Part shown: positions 29,555-40,375 of the stretch, piece by piece
Numbering within the stretch: the stretch's first letter is position 1
How the letters are laid out: each line of letters begins with the position of its first letter
Source: Planctomycetia bacterium
Lineage (GTDB): Bacteria; Planctomycetota; UBA8108; UBA1146
Length of the DNA stretch: 64,000 nt
Reading direction: 5' to 3'
Assembly (NCBI GenBank): GCA_012269595.1
Contig: JAAXJX010000023.1
Coordinates: 996-64,995, forward strand
The notes under the pieces: model-generated
The model's database searches: none
What the model was told of the DNA's origin: nothing
What the model saw: only the letters and a program-made list of their open reading frames with translations
Program-made: the position numbers and the translations under genes

Positions 29555-30493
29555 TTGCCACGGGATACTTCACCCGTCCACGGGAACATCTTTCTTGCTC
29601 CCGGTATCGATTCCCAACTGGCTCATCAACTGCTGGACACCCCTGCCCGGCGCGTCATCGCTGAGGGCCGACGGGGACGGTTGGAAGAGGTCTGCCACGA
29701 TGGAACCTCCTATGCCCGCAAGGTCTACCGGGTCACCAAAAAGTCGATTCACGGCACTGCTGTGAGCTGGATGCCGGCCTTCATGCGCTGGGGTCGGGTT
29801 CGCAGATCGTGGAAGGCGATGCTCGAGGGAAAAAAGAGAGCAATGCCTTTGCCGAGAGTCCTGTGCCGCAGCGAGAATCGGCGCCAGGCAAGGCTGGTCA
29901 CCACCTGGATTCCCGGTGAACCCCTCCACCATTGGCATGCCCGTCAACTGCAACAATCCGATGACGACAGTTGGCAGCGGTCCTTTGCCGAGTGGATCGG
30001 TCCCCAGTTGTATCAGTTATTCGATGCCGGCATGACCACCCGGGATCTCTCTCCCAACAATGTGCTCATCACGGGTCCGACCGCTGGTCCCTGGCAGTTT
30101 CATCTGGTCGATCTCGACGAAGCCCGGCTCCAGCGCTTTACCGACGGGGAATCCTTCATCGATCAGGTAATCTATTCCCTTTCCCAGGTTGGACATTTGC
30201 CATCAACGATTTCACCCAAGGTAAAGTTGCGGGCTCTCATCGCATTTCTTGAAGCTGGCGGTCAGCGTTGGGCTGATGGACAAGCCGAATTCTCTCCGCG
30301 CTCCACTTCCTTCATCGATCGCAGGGCCGCTCGCAAAAAGTTTATGCGACAGGTGATCGATGGGGTTCTGCGATTCGATCGGCGGAAAGAGAAACACTTG
30401 AAGAAGGCGGGGCGAACCGGCCGCTACGCCGGTTGGGGTCTCGACGATGACGGTCTTCCGGTTCCCTTTGACGGAGCCCGAGACGAAACCTGA
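29555..30493 (+). CDS. Lipopolysaccharide kinase-like protein (Kdo/WaaP/InaA family)
   Basis: ARKVY, RDLSPNNVLI, LVDLD; TTG start estimated. Confidence 0.7.
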   Translation: MPRDTSPVHGNIFLAPGIDSQLAHQLLDTPARRVIAEGRRGRLEEVCHDGTSYARKVYRVTKKSIHGTAVSWMPAFMRWGRVRRSWKAMLEGKKRAMPLPRVLCRSENRRQARLVTTWIPGEPLHHWHARQLQQSDDDSWQRSFAEWIGPQLYQLFDAGMTTRDLSPNNVLITGPTAGPWQFHLVDLDEARLQRFTDGESFIDQVIYSLSQVGHLPSTISPKVKLRALIAFLEAGGQRWADGQAEFSPRSTSFIDRRAARKKFMRQVIDGVLRFDRRKEKHLKKAGRTGRYAGWGLDDDGLPVPFDGARDET

Positions 30494-30494
30494 A

Positions 30495-32757
30495 TCAGCT
30501 CGTCTGATCCGCGGACCTGCTCGACACTCCGGAACGGGGATTCAGCAGATCAAGCTCCACCGTGACCCCATCTTTTCCCAACTTCCCAAACCGGAGAACA
30601 TCCGTGGGGCAATCGTGGACGCAGGCACCACAACGAACACATTGTGGGTCGGCCATGGGGAGCCCCTGACGAGCAAAGGTCATGACGTCGATGCCTTGAT
30701 GACATTGGGTGGTGCAAACGTTGCAGGAGATACAGCGGGATTTGTCGGCGAAGATCCGAAAGCGGGAAAATCGGGCATAGATATTCATGAGGGCGGCAAG
30801 CGGACAAACAAAGCGGCACCAGGTTCTGCCCGAAAAATGCCAATAAAGACCGACTCCCAGAATCCCCGAGAGAAACAGATCCACAAACCACTCGTAGTTG
30901 ATCAACGGAATGCCCTTTTGAATTCCAAGGGCCAAAGCCTGTCCCCACTGACCGAAGGCAGATTCCGGAAGAGTCCATGACATGACCCTTCCCACCAACA
31001 TCAACAGGCACAACAGGAGCATGACCTGACCGATCAGATTCCAACTCTTCGGCCGATCCCCCCTCGGCATCTTGTGCCGATGATCATCGCCGAGTGTTTC
31101 TGCCAGAGCACCACAGGAACAGATCCAGCCGCAGTAAACCCCCTTGCCCCACCGATGAATCGCCCAAGGCAACAGGACAAAGGTCTGAATCACTGAAATC
31201 ACACACCAGACGATCAGAGGCTGGTCAGTAAAGATGTTCCAGAAGAAGAGAGGCCAGGCGAGGATCAATCCGAACGCACGCCAATACTCGCGACTTTCCC
31301 CCGAGAACGGAAAGAGTGCGTCCGCCACGGATTGCCCCACTCCTGCATCGAAGATCCCCTGCGTGCCCATCCACGGCAGGATCCAATAGGGCAACAGAAA
31401 CAGGGGGATCGCCTGAATCCAGAAGAGACACCAGGTCTGCCTGCGAATGTAGGGGGACGGCCTCTTGCGCATTCGGCGCAAACCGAAGATCAAAACCAGA
31501 AGCGTATAAAGAAGACTGTACCAGAATCCGGGTTGGTCCATCGCCGGCGTCAAAGACCCCAGAACACTGCTTCCCTGCGGAAACAACTCACTCCACCAAC
31601 GGTCCAGACCTGCGGGGAAGCCACCGATGGATCGCCACTTCTCAGCAATGGGAATCGCCACTCCCGTGCGTTTCCAATGGTAGAGCAAAAAGAAGAAGAC
31701 CATGCAGCCCACCAGGGAAGCCCACCAGAACGCCCCGCGGTCGCCGTGCATCTTCAATCCGCAGCGCCGCAATAATTCGACGGGAGGTTTGCGTCCTATC
31801 AGGGTGAAGACGGAAGTGGCAGGAAGGGTAATTTGTTTCCTGTCCGCCCCCTGCAACTCAACTTCTGAATCTTCAATCCTCTGGACAGTGGTCTCCGCCA
31901 AGACGGTGAGAGATCCCTCCGTTACTGCATTCGCCACCCTCTGTTGCTGTGTCGACGAGGCACTCTTGAGAGTGGGTGACCGATGGGAGAGATGAACTCT
32001 CGCTCCCCCTTCTGCCAGGGCGACTGCCGCTTCACAGGCACTGTCCCCACCACCGACGACGAGAACATCCCGATCCCGGTAAGCCCCCGGGTCATGGCAG
32101 ACGTGACTGACATGGTCATGGTCCTCGCCTGGAACTTCCAAACGGCGGTGTTCACCGTTGCGCCCGAGTGCAAGAACAACGCGGTATGCGCGAATCGATT
32201 CCCCATGACTCCAATTCAGTTGAAGGCTATCGCCCTTCCGCTGAATCGAATCGAGAATCGCCTGCTGCGGTTTCAAATCCCGATCCAGTGCCTGCTCCTG
32301 AAGAGATTCCAGCAGCCCTTCACGACTGAGTCCCGCCTCAGAAGGAAGTTCGAGGGGTGGATTGGGGAGAATGCCCCGGAGGGTCGGTGAAGATCGGCTT
32401 TCCGATGGGATAGTTCTCCACCGTCTCCAACATGCGGGCGGCTTCAAACCACTGAAAATCGATGCCGAGACGACGCGCTTCCACCGCCGCTGAAAGACCG
32501 GAGACCCCTCCGCCGACGATCACCAGTGGAACGATTCCCTCCGGACTCTTTTCACACTCCGGAAGGAGGCGACGGGCCACGCGGGCCCCAGAATCGACGG
32601 CATGTTTGAGCAGAGGGATTCCCGTCAGCTCACCCACCACGAAGAGACCGGGAACCTCGGTCGAGAAATCAGCCTCCACCCGGGGCAGCGGTTCTTCCGT
32701 TCCCCCCGGCCATTGCAAGTGAAGCCAGTCGACGTATCGATTCAGCAGCGACAGCAA
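30495..32757 (-). pseudogene. FAD/NAD(P) oxidoreductase fused to a membrane 4Fe-4S domain, split by a +1 frameshift near 32340-32380
   Basis: ORF 32338-32757 has IVGGGVSG and KPIFT. ORF 30495-32447 has VVGGGDSA, TM helices, CGWIC, CRFVCP, CISCNVCTTQC and CVRCGACVHDC. Total span 2263 bp = 3n+1. Confidence 0.75.
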
Positions 32758-32763
32758 CGTGGA

Positions 32764-34293
32764 TCAGACTCCATGGATGGATTGGACTTTACGATCAAGG
32801 TGATCGACAAAGATGGCAGGATCGAGTCCCTTCCCCACCGCTCTCTCGAGCAGATCGAGGGGCATGAATTGCCGTCCCGGCTTGTGAATCCGCTCCCGCA
32901 GCCAATCGAGGATTTCCCCGAAACGCCCGGCGGCCACTTCCTGATCGATGTCGATCTCTTCAGAAATCGCCTGATGGAATTGGGCAGAGTAGAGCGATCC
33001 CAAAAGGTAGGTGGGGAAATATCCAAAGGCACCGAAGCTCCAGTGGATATCCTGCAGCACACCGTCCTTGAAGTTGGGCGGAGTCAGTCCGAGGTACGAC
33101 TCCATCTTTTCATTCCATGCAGAGGGCAGATCGGCTACTTGCAAATCTCCGCTGAAGAGCGCCTGCTCCACCTCAAAACGGAGTGCGATATGCAGACCAT
33201 AGGTGACCTCATCCGCATCCACACGAATCAGTGAAGGCTTCACGGGGTTCACCGCAAGAGCCATGTCATTGGCACTCACATCTTCGAGAATCCGTGGGAA
33301 GTACTTCTTCATCAGCGGCAGGAAGTGAACCCAGAATGCTTCTGTTCTGCCGATGTCATTCTCCCAGAACCGTGATTGGGATTCGTGGATTCCCAGTGAA
33401 ATCGCATCGCAGAGGGGCGTGTGCACCCACTTTTCTTCAAAGCCCTGCTCATACATGGCGTGGCCGGCCTCGTGAATCACTCCATACAGGTTACTCGTGA
33501 AGTTGTCTTCGTAGACCCGGGTCGTGATCCGTACATCAAAGGGTGCCACCGGGGAGGTACAGAAGGGATGGGAGGTCAGATCGAGCCCTCCCTTGTCGAG
33601 GTCATATCCCAATTGGGTGGCGACCTCTTTGGAGAACTCAAGCTGTTTGGTCTTTTCCCAGGGGCCGCGGAAAAACTCCGGCTCCGGCAGGGCACGGGCA
33701 ACGACCCGATCGATGATCCCCTTGAGTCCGGGAACGACCTGACGACAAATCTCACTGAAGTTTGCACTGGTCATGCCACGCTCATACTTGTTCATCAGTA
33801 CGTCGTAGAGACAGTCTTCATCATCGCGCAGGTATTCTGCTTCTGCCTTCTGAAGTTCGATCTGTCGCGACAGCATCGGTTCGAAGGCAGAGAAATCATC
33901 CTGCTCCCGAGCCGATTGCCAGGCCATGATGGACTTTGAATTCACTTCTGCAGATTCAGTCGCATGCTCCACAGGAATTCGCAGAGATCGTTCGTAATCA
34001 TGACGAACTTCACGCACCAGCGCCTGAAGAGTCTCGTCCCCGGAAGCAAAGGCCGCTTCCTCTGCTCGCTCGATACTTTCACCGAGTGCGGGCTGCTGCG
34101 ATCGTTCATGGGCAATCCCTGCCAACTCGCCGAGAGCTTCAGCCCGGACTCCGCCACCGCTGGAAGGCATATGAGTCTCCTGATCCCAGGAGAGCACCGT
34201 CGAGGCGTGGCTGATGAGAGCAATCTTTCTCAGGTGCTCACGCAGTTCAGTGATGGCTTCGTGTTCGGTTTCGGTCACGTTTTCGGTGGTCAT
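32764..34293 (-). CDS. Carboxypeptidase M32 family
   Basis: WDQET, HPF, DVRITTR, HEAGH, HESQ, IRVDADE, QDIHW, GYFPTY. Confidence 0.95.
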   Translation of the reverse strand: MTTENVTETEHEAITELREHLRKIALISHASTVLSWDQETHMPSSGGGVRAEALGELAGIAHERSQQPALGESIERAEEAAFASGDETLQALVREVRHDYERSLRIPVEHATESAEVNSKSIMAWQSAREQDDFSAFEPMLSRQIELQKAEAEYLRDDEDCLYDVLMNKYERGMTSANFSEICRQVVPGLKGIIDRVVARALPEPEFFRGPWEKTKQLEFSKEVATQLGYDLDKGGLDLTSHPFCTSPVAPFDVRITTRVYEDNFTSNLYGVIHEAGHAMYEQGFEEKWVHTPLCDAISLGIHESQSRFWENDIGRTEAFWVHFLPLMKKYFPRILEDVSANDMALAVNPVKPSLIRVDADEVTYGLHIALRFEVEQALFSGDLQVADLPSAWNEKMESYLGLTPPNFKDGVLQDIHWSFGAFGYFPTYLLGSLYSAQFHQAISEEIDIDQEVAAGRFGEILDWLRERIHKPGRQFMPLDLLERAVGKGLDPAIFVDHLDRKVQSIHGV

Positions 34294-34928
34294 GCCAACT
34301 CCATGTCTTGCTCCCGTTGGGAATCGGAAGTTCCGCTGCGGCCACCCAATTCCTCATAGGATCCGAGTGACAATTGTTCCGTAAAGTGTACCGAACAAAC
34401 GGGCTGGAAGGTTTCATCCCCTCCGACCTGCTGACTCGGTCCATCCAGATAAGCCACGCCACCGATGGATTTGAGATTGAAGATGGCTTTGCTGTTGCAC
34501 TGGTGGCAGGTCGTTTTGACTTCTTCGATGGAATCCGCCAATTCCAGAAGGCGACGACTCCCCGGAAACAGTCGGGTTCGGAAATCGCTGCGCAAACCGT
34601 AGCAGATCACCGGCACCCTTTTCTGGTCGACCACATCCCTGAGTTGATCGATGTGCTGGGGATGGAAAAACTGGACTTCATCGACGAGGACACAGTGAAC
34701 CCCATCGAAATCGTCAATTTCAATTCGATCGCCATCACCGATGACCATGTGGGCTTCACGGGTCAATCCCGCTCTGGAGGCGACGTCCTTTTCACCGTAT
34801 CGATCATCAAAACCGGGCTTGATGACGACGATGCGTTTTCCCTGACGTTCATAGTTGTGGGCGACGGCAAGGAGATTGAGGGTCTTGGCGCTGCCGACCG
34901 TCCCATGCCTGAAATAGAGTTTTGCCAA
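34290..34928 (-). CDS. tdk: Thymidine kinase
   Basis: MAKLYF, GSAKT, DEVQF, YGLRSDF, C-terminal Zn ligands. Confidence 0.95.
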   Translation of the reverse strand: MAKLYFRHGTVGSAKTLNLLAVAHNYERQGKRIVVIKPGFDDRYGEKDVASRAGLTREAHMVIGDGDRIEIDDFDGVHCVLVDEVQFFHPQHIDQLRDVVDQKRVPVICYGLRSDFRTRLFPGSRRLLELADSIEEVKTTCHQCNSKAIFNLKSIGGVAYLDGPSQQVGGDETFQPVCSVHFTEQLSLGSYEELGGRSGTSDSQREQDMELA

Positions 34929-34993
34929 AATGCCTCCATCCGGGATTTCCCTGACTCGCAGGGTAAACCCGGATGGAGGGTCATTCCATGCCC

Positions 34994-36094
34994 CTAGCCT
35001 TCTTCTGCAGGAATCGGCACCGGCACGGGAGTAGGAGCAGGGGTGGGTACAGGGATGGGAGCCGGAACTGCGGGCTCGACCGCCTTGAGTTCCTCGAGAC
35101 CCTTGATCAGGCCATCGCGAACCCAGTCACTGCAGACCACAATCCGCTCATCCCCCCGAAGCCTGGCGGAGACACCCTCTCCTCCCAGAGGAAGGGGCTG
35201 AACCGCACCAAAATCGAGAATGATGCGCGAGTCATCGACCAGGACGACTTCGATGGAGGCGGACGGCTCCTCCAGACCTGCTGCTGCCGGATCGGCGGGA
35301 TCCAACGGCGCTTCGCAACGGACATTTTTCAGCGAAGAGAGCAGGCCCCGAACCGTATTGGTATCCGCTTGGACATTTTCCGGTTCACGGATCCACCACT
35401 CAGGGTCGGTCCCCGCCTTGACCAATTCTCCCGACTCTCCCGTCGCTGTCTCAGCAGGAGCTCCCGGCACCCACTCAAGAACGATGCGTTCGTCGCCCCT
35501 GGTCAGAATCACTTCGCGGGCTTCCGCATCCCCGGACAGTTGAAAGAGTACTTTGTGGAACCATTGTTGTGCTGAAAAGGTGTCTCCCCCCAGGGCAGGT
35601 CTGCGCTTGAGATTCGGCAAAATGCTGAAAACCCGATCCTGGTCCGCCATGCGAATAAAGCTGCGACCTGTTCCGTCCGCCTTGCCGACGACCACATCGA
35701 TAAAGGGAGCCATATCCATATCCTTGAGGGTGATACGAATTCCCTGCTCGGAATCGACTTCAAAGGTCTTGTGACTGGCAGTGCTTTCCCCGCGTTTCTC
35801 GGCTCCGGAGACCGCCTTGAGGTCATCGAGAAAACGAATCACCTCATCCCGATCAGCAGCGGAATCCCACAGATTGGGCAGGAACCACTCGCGTCCCTTG
35901 CGTCGGATCTGATAGGACTCCCCCCCCTTCTGAAACTCGATGGCATCAATCATCTCGGGATTGATTCCGGCAAAGCGGGTCAACTCCACCGGAGTTTCCT
36001 CGATTGCAGTGTAATCCTCCTGCTGATTGACGAAGAGCAATCCTCCGGCTCCGAGGATCAACAGAACCATGATCGTGAGACTGTTGCCTTTCAA
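34994..36094 (-). CDS. DUF4340-like protein with Pro-rich tail
   Basis: N-terminal TM, two similar halves, last gene of the Gld-type ABC cluster. Confidence 0.75.
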   Translation of the reverse strand: MKGNSLTIMVLLILGAGGLLFVNQQEDYTAIEETPVELTRFAGINPEMIDAIEFQKGGESYQIRRKGREWFLPNLWDSAADRDEVIRFLDDLKAVSGAEKRGESTASHKTFEVDSEQGIRITLKDMDMAPFIDVVVGKADGTGRSFIRMADQDRVFSILPNLKRRPALGGDTFSAQQWFHKVLFQLSGDAEAREVILTRGDERIVLEWVPGAPAETATGESGELVKAGTDPEWWIREPENVQADTNTVRGLLSSLKNVRCEAPLDPADPAAAGLEEPSASIEVVLVDDSRIILDFGAVQPLPLGGEGVSARLRGDERIVVCSDWVRDGLIKGLEELKAVEPAVPAPIPVPTPAPTPVPVPIPAEEG

Positions 36095-37962
36095 CTGGCC
36101 TCCTTCTTCTCGCCTGCATCGGCGGGAACCTTGAGCATGTGCAACGCTTCATGATGACGTGCACCGGAACGACGACTTGCAGAGATCAACCCGTAGATCA
36201 CCAACAGAAGCAGTGGGACTCCGGCCATGTTGCCGTAGGTCACCAGAGTTCGTTCATCCCGGGTCGTCTCCCGAAGGGCGCTCGCCAATTGAACCTTGCC
36301 ACGGATCTTGGCCAGGTCCGGGTCGAGGGCGAGTGCTTCGATGGATCCCATGAGGAAACCCACATTCTGGCGGTACATATTCAGGGAGGTGTACTTGGCC
36401 ATGTCTGCTGAAGCGATCAGCAGAATCCGGGATTCGACCGACTCCGATGCTTCCACCAGAGGCGCTCCCTCTTCACCCCCTGTGACCTCGAGGGTCGGAT
36501 CCCACGAAGGAATCTTCGAGCCGACTTCAAAGGTGGAAGGGAACTCACCCTCTGCAACCAACGCCAGTACCCGGCTTTTTTGCATCCCCGGATCTTTTGG
36601 CGGGGTCACCATCGGTGCCGTGACCGCCGGCCCAAAGGGAGTCAACCACGCATCGCTGTCCGACTTGGCCAGAGGTGTAATCTTGACTCCCGCCGCATCT
36701 GCCACCGCTTCATTGATGATCAACGGACTGGCGAAGGGGAACACCAACGCTTGCAATCCACGAGTAAAGGGAGAGGTGCCATCCAGATTGTTTCCGGCAG
36801 CTCCCGGGCTGACCGGGAATGGCTGGGGAACTCTCATGCGCATTCCCAGGGGACCTTCGGTCACCGTTTCAATGCTTCCGCACTGGCGTTGACTGGAAAC
36901 GATCATGTTCGGCTGGATGTCGATGCCCCATTTTCCAAAGCTCTCGGAGAAGCCGGGATTCAAAGGCGTCAGTTGGAAGCCGCGATCCATGCTGCCCGAA
37001 GTGGTCGAGGCGAGAATCATCGCCGGTCTGCCGGAACGAATCGAGTTCTCGATCTCGTAACGCTGACGCGGAGTCGTCCCGTCCGGTTCGGCGATGATCA
37101 ACAACTGGGCTTCTTCGGGAATCATGGACTCTTCCGTGAGCATGATCTTGCGCACTTCAAAGCGGTCTCCCAATGCATCCAGCAAGGGATCAAATCGACT
37201 CATCGGAGCGGGCAGGGGTGATCCATCCGGCCCCTGGGTGATCATGTCATCCGGGCGCCCTTGATAGAAAGCCAATACCGGTTTGCTCTCGAGGGTGAGC
37301 TTCGCGATGCGGCTGACCAGCTCGTACTCAAGCCCCTCAAGGGTGGTGTGGACCGGAATCCCTTCCGATTCGCGATCGAGATACTTGAGGACGATGGCAC
37401 TGAAGAAGGGCACCACTTCGATGCCGTCTTCCTTGATGGAACGTCCCTGAAGCTCAGGGATTCCCTGCTGGGCCAACTCTGCTTTCTTGGTGTCCGCCGG
37501 TGAAGTGGGGCCACCCATGAGGGCCGCCATCGGATCCGGCTCTTCTTCTTCCCCTTCTCCCGCCTGCTCCTTGACGTACTGCTCAATCACACGGGCTGGG
37601 TCGATCACCTTCACTTCGATGCGCCCACCGGCATCGGCAGCAGCACGCTGGAATTCATCGAGATAATCCACGGTATCGCGACGCAGGTTCTGCAGTCCCG
37701 ATGGCAGTTTTTCACTGACCCAATACTCAAGGATCACCGGCTCCTGAAGCCTGGACAGAATGTTGCCGGTCTCCGGGCTGATGGTGTGGGTGCCGGCGGC
37801 GGTCAGATCAAGACGGCGATCAAACTCCCGCGAGACACCATTGACGAGAACCAGCAAAACGACGAGCACGATGATGGAGATGATCCAGCGCACCAGAAAT
37901 TGTCTTTTTCTTTCAACCATGTGTCCCCCTACTGCTTTCTCAACTCGACCTGAAACACGCAC
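36091..37962 (-). CDS. GldG-like ABC auxiliary component
   Basis: RLDLT, TISPET, LEYELVSRI; TMs at both ends; start may be ATG 37920. Confidence 0.85.
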   Translation of the reverse strand: MRVSGRVEKAVGGHMVERKRQFLVRWIISIIVLVVLLVLVNGVSREFDRRLDLTAAGTHTISPETGNILSRLQEPVILEYWVSEKLPSGLQNLRRDTVDYLDEFQRAAADAGGRIEVKVIDPARVIEQYVKEQAGEGEEEEPDPMAALMGGPTSPADTKKAELAQQGIPELQGRSIKEDGIEVVPFFSAIVLKYLDRESEGIPVHTTLEGLEYELVSRIAKLTLESKPVLAFYQGRPDDMITQGPDGSPLPAPMSRFDPLLDALGDRFEVRKIMLTEESMIPEEAQLLIIAEPDGTTPRQRYEIENSIRSGRPAMILASTTSGSMDRGFQLTPLNPGFSESFGKWGIDIQPNMIVSSQRQCGSIETVTEGPLGMRMRVPQPFPVSPGAAGNNLDGTSPFTRGLQALVFPFASPLIINEAVADAAGVKITPLAKSDSDAWLTPFGPAVTAPMVTPPKDPGMQKSRVLALVAEGEFPSTFEVGSKIPSWDPTLEVTGGEEGAPLVEASESVESRILLIASADMAKYTSLNMYRQNVGFLMGSIEALALDPDLAKIRGKVQLASALRETTRDERTLVTYGNMAGVPLLLLVIYGLISASRRSGARHHEALHMLKVPADAGEKKEAS

Positions 37963-38663
37963 AGTGTCAGGAAGAGTGTGGTGCCAGAAAGAAAATAGAC
38001 GACGTCGCTCAGTGCGAGCACTCCCCGTTCGATGGCCTGGAAGTGAGATTGAACTCCCAGGGATTCAATCACCCTGGCCAGGACTGGCTGTGAAGAGGAG
38101 ACGTAGGACGCGAAATCAGGACTGAGGGCCAATACCAGCAGGATTCCAACGGTCACTCCCACCAAAAGGGAGACGACCTGATTGCTGGAAAGGGCAGAGA
38201 CCCAACAGCCGAGTGCAAGAAACATCATGCCTGCGAGAACAGTGCCGATGTATCCGCCGATGATTGGTCCCCAATCGACAGGGCTGGACGCAAGCCAACC
38301 CAGAGTCGCGGGAATACCGAGGCTTGCGGCGACACTGGCGAGCAGGACGACGACAGCAGCCAACCATTTTCCAATGACCAGATCACGGGACTCCACCGGC
38401 AATGACAGCAACACTTCCGTACTGCCGGTGCGAATCTCCTCGGACCAGAGACGCATCGTCACCGCCGGAGCGAACACCATCATCATGAAGGGGGTCAATC
38501 CGAACCAGACGCGCATGTCAGCGCTTTCGATGATGAAGAAGGGCGAGTACTGGAAAAAGAAGAAGGACATGATCGCCATTTGCAGGGCGATAAAGATCCA
38601 CGCGATGGGGGTGTGAAAGTAGGCTCCACATTCCCGTCGCATGACTACCAGGATCGAACTCAT
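37929..38663 (-). CDS. GldF-like ABC permease
   Basis: YFHTPIAW, TMRLWSEE, EVLLSLP, DVVYF. Confidence 0.88.
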   Translation of the reverse strand: MSSILVVMRRECGAYFHTPIAWIFIALQMAIMSFFFFQYSPFFIIESADMRVWFGLTPFMMMVFAPAVTMRLWSEEIRTGSTEVLLSLPVESRDLVIGKWLAAVVVLLASVAASLGIPATLGWLASSPVDWGPIIGGYIGTVLAGMMFLALGCWVSALSSNQVVSLLVGVTVGILLVLALSPDFASYVSSSQPVLARVIESLGVQSHFQAIERGVLALSDVVYFLSGTTLFLTLCVFQVELRKQ

Positions 38664-39646
38664 CGCTGGCCTCCTCTCGCACCGGTCAGGCGCAGATACA
38701 CTTGCTCCAGTGTTTCACGGGATCTCTCGACGCTGACCAGCATGCCTCCTGCGGATTCAATCCCTGAAGTCAGTGCAGCAATGTCGGGTGTTCCCGCGCC
38801 CTTCCATGCATGCACCGTATCTCCCGGTGCTCCGGAGATTCCCTGGCCGAGGCCCAGATTTCCACAGGCGTCGTCGTCGAGGGCCTTGCCCGCAATCACG
38901 ACCTGCCAACCCCCCTGCTCATCTCCCGTCAACTCTTCAGGGGTGCCATCCGCAATGAGACGCCCCGAGTTGATGACGATGATACGAGTACAGATGGCGG
39001 CGATCTCCTGAAGAATGTGAGTACTGAAGATGATCGCCCTCTCCTTGGCCAGGTCGGTGATCAGATCCCTGACCTCGATGATCTGACGTGGATCCAGTCC
39101 ATTCGTCGGCTCATCGAGAATCACCACTTCCGGATCATGGATCAGCGCCTGAGCAAGACCGACCCGCTGACGGAAACCCTTTGAAAGAGTTCCGCAGCGA
39201 CGGCGCAGCATCGGGCTGAGGCTGAGACGATCCGCAAGGCTGGCGATCCGGTCTTCAAGATCCCGGCCCGACAACCCGCGAGCTCCGCCGATGAAGCGCA
39301 GGTAATCGATCACTTCCATCTCGTCATAGAGTGGAATGCTCTCGGGAAGGAAACCGAATCCCTGACGGGCACTTTGCGGATCCTCACTGATTTCGGTCCC
39401 CTTGATGCGGGCTTCACCGCGATCGGGGGCAATCAGTCCAGTGATCATTCTCAGGGTCGTGCTCTTGCCGGCTCCGTTGGGGCCGAGGAAACCGAGAATT
39501 TCTCCGCGGTGAACATTGAAGGAGACATCGTCCACAGCCAGAGTCGCACCAAAAGTGCGACGCAAGCCTTTGGCTTCGATGAGGGGTGCCAGATTCCCCG
39601 GCGAACGAGTCGGTGCCGGAGAATCGACTGGGAGTTCCGTCGACAT
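38660..39646 (-). CDS. GldA-like ABC ATP-binding protein
   Basis: GPNGAGKST, LSKGFRQRVGLAQA, LDEPTNGLDP. Confidence 0.93.
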   Translation of the reverse strand: MSTELPVDSPAPTRSPGNLAPLIEAKGLRRTFGATLAVDDVSFNVHRGEILGFLGPNGAGKSTTLRMITGLIAPDRGEARIKGTEISEDPQSARQGFGFLPESIPLYDEMEVIDYLRFIGGARGLSGRDLEDRIASLADRLSLSPMLRRRCGTLSKGFRQRVGLAQALIHDPEVVILDEPTNGLDPRQIIEVRDLITDLAKERAIIFSTHILQEIAAICTRIIVINSGRLIADGTPEELTGDEQGGWQVVIAGKALDDDACGNLGLGQGISGAPGDTVHAWKGAGTPDIAALTSGIESAGGMLVSVERSRETLEQVYLRLTGARGGQR

Positions 39647-39746
39647 GGAGGGACTCTTCCTTTCAGCAAAACAGACCCATCAAAGGGCCTCTTCGAGTGC
39701 CACAGGATGAAAGAAAGAGTGGTCTAAAATCAAGTGTTCCCGGGTG

Positions 39747-40229
39747 TTACGTGACCCACTTCTGCAGTTCTGACAGGTTTCGGATATCACGACCATAGAG
39801 CAACGCCCTGGCCCCCACCCGTTTGGCCTCAACCAGATTGGCCACCGCGTCATCCACCAGAAGCACTTCTTTGGGTGAGATCACCACTCCAAGCCTCTTG
39901 TGAATCTCGGCAAGGATCTCGAGGATCGCTTCACCCTTTTCCTGTAATCCATAGCGGGGATAAAAAAAGCGGTCGCGAATCCCGAAGATTTCGAGGACTT
40001 CGTTGCTCGTGTCCTCCGGGGATCGGCAAACCAGGGAGACGAGACCTCCGCTTCGGTGGATCGCACGCAACAGCTTGCGGATCCCCGGTCTCAGTTCAAC
40101 CGTGGACTTCTCACTGCGTGCAAGATGGGAGCCTTCCAACTCAAAGGGGCCCTCGAAAGGATCCACTCCCTCCTGATCGACACTCCACAGGGTTTCGTCG
40201 AGATCAAAAACGAAGAGACGAAACGACAT
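39747..40229 (-). CDS. HAD phosphatase, magnesium-dependent phosphatase-1-like
   Basis: VFDLDETLW motif I, LLVDD motif IV, capless size of 160 aa. Confidence 0.75.
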   Translation of the reverse strand: MSFRLFVFDLDETLWSVDQEGVDPFEGPFELEGSHLARSEKSTVELRPGIRKLLRAIHRSGGLVSLVCRSPEDTSNEVLEIFGIRDRFFYPRYGLQEKGEAILEILAEIHKRLGVVISPKEVLLVDDAVANLVEAKRVGARALLYGRDIRNLSELQKWVT

Positions 40230-40375
40230 CGGATCCCCCTTCCGGCATGGCCGAAAAGGTCCTGTTACTCAGGGATCCTGAAAATCGCTGGCATGAAGGA
40301 TGGTATTCCGGCTTTATCCTGTGGAATCCGGATCAGGATTCCTGTCGGACCGGTTTTTCAAATCCGAAGGAAAGC

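Noticed and set aside
35005..35075. Short GC-rich quasi-repeat
   Set aside because: Encodes the Pro-rich tail of the DUF4340-like protein
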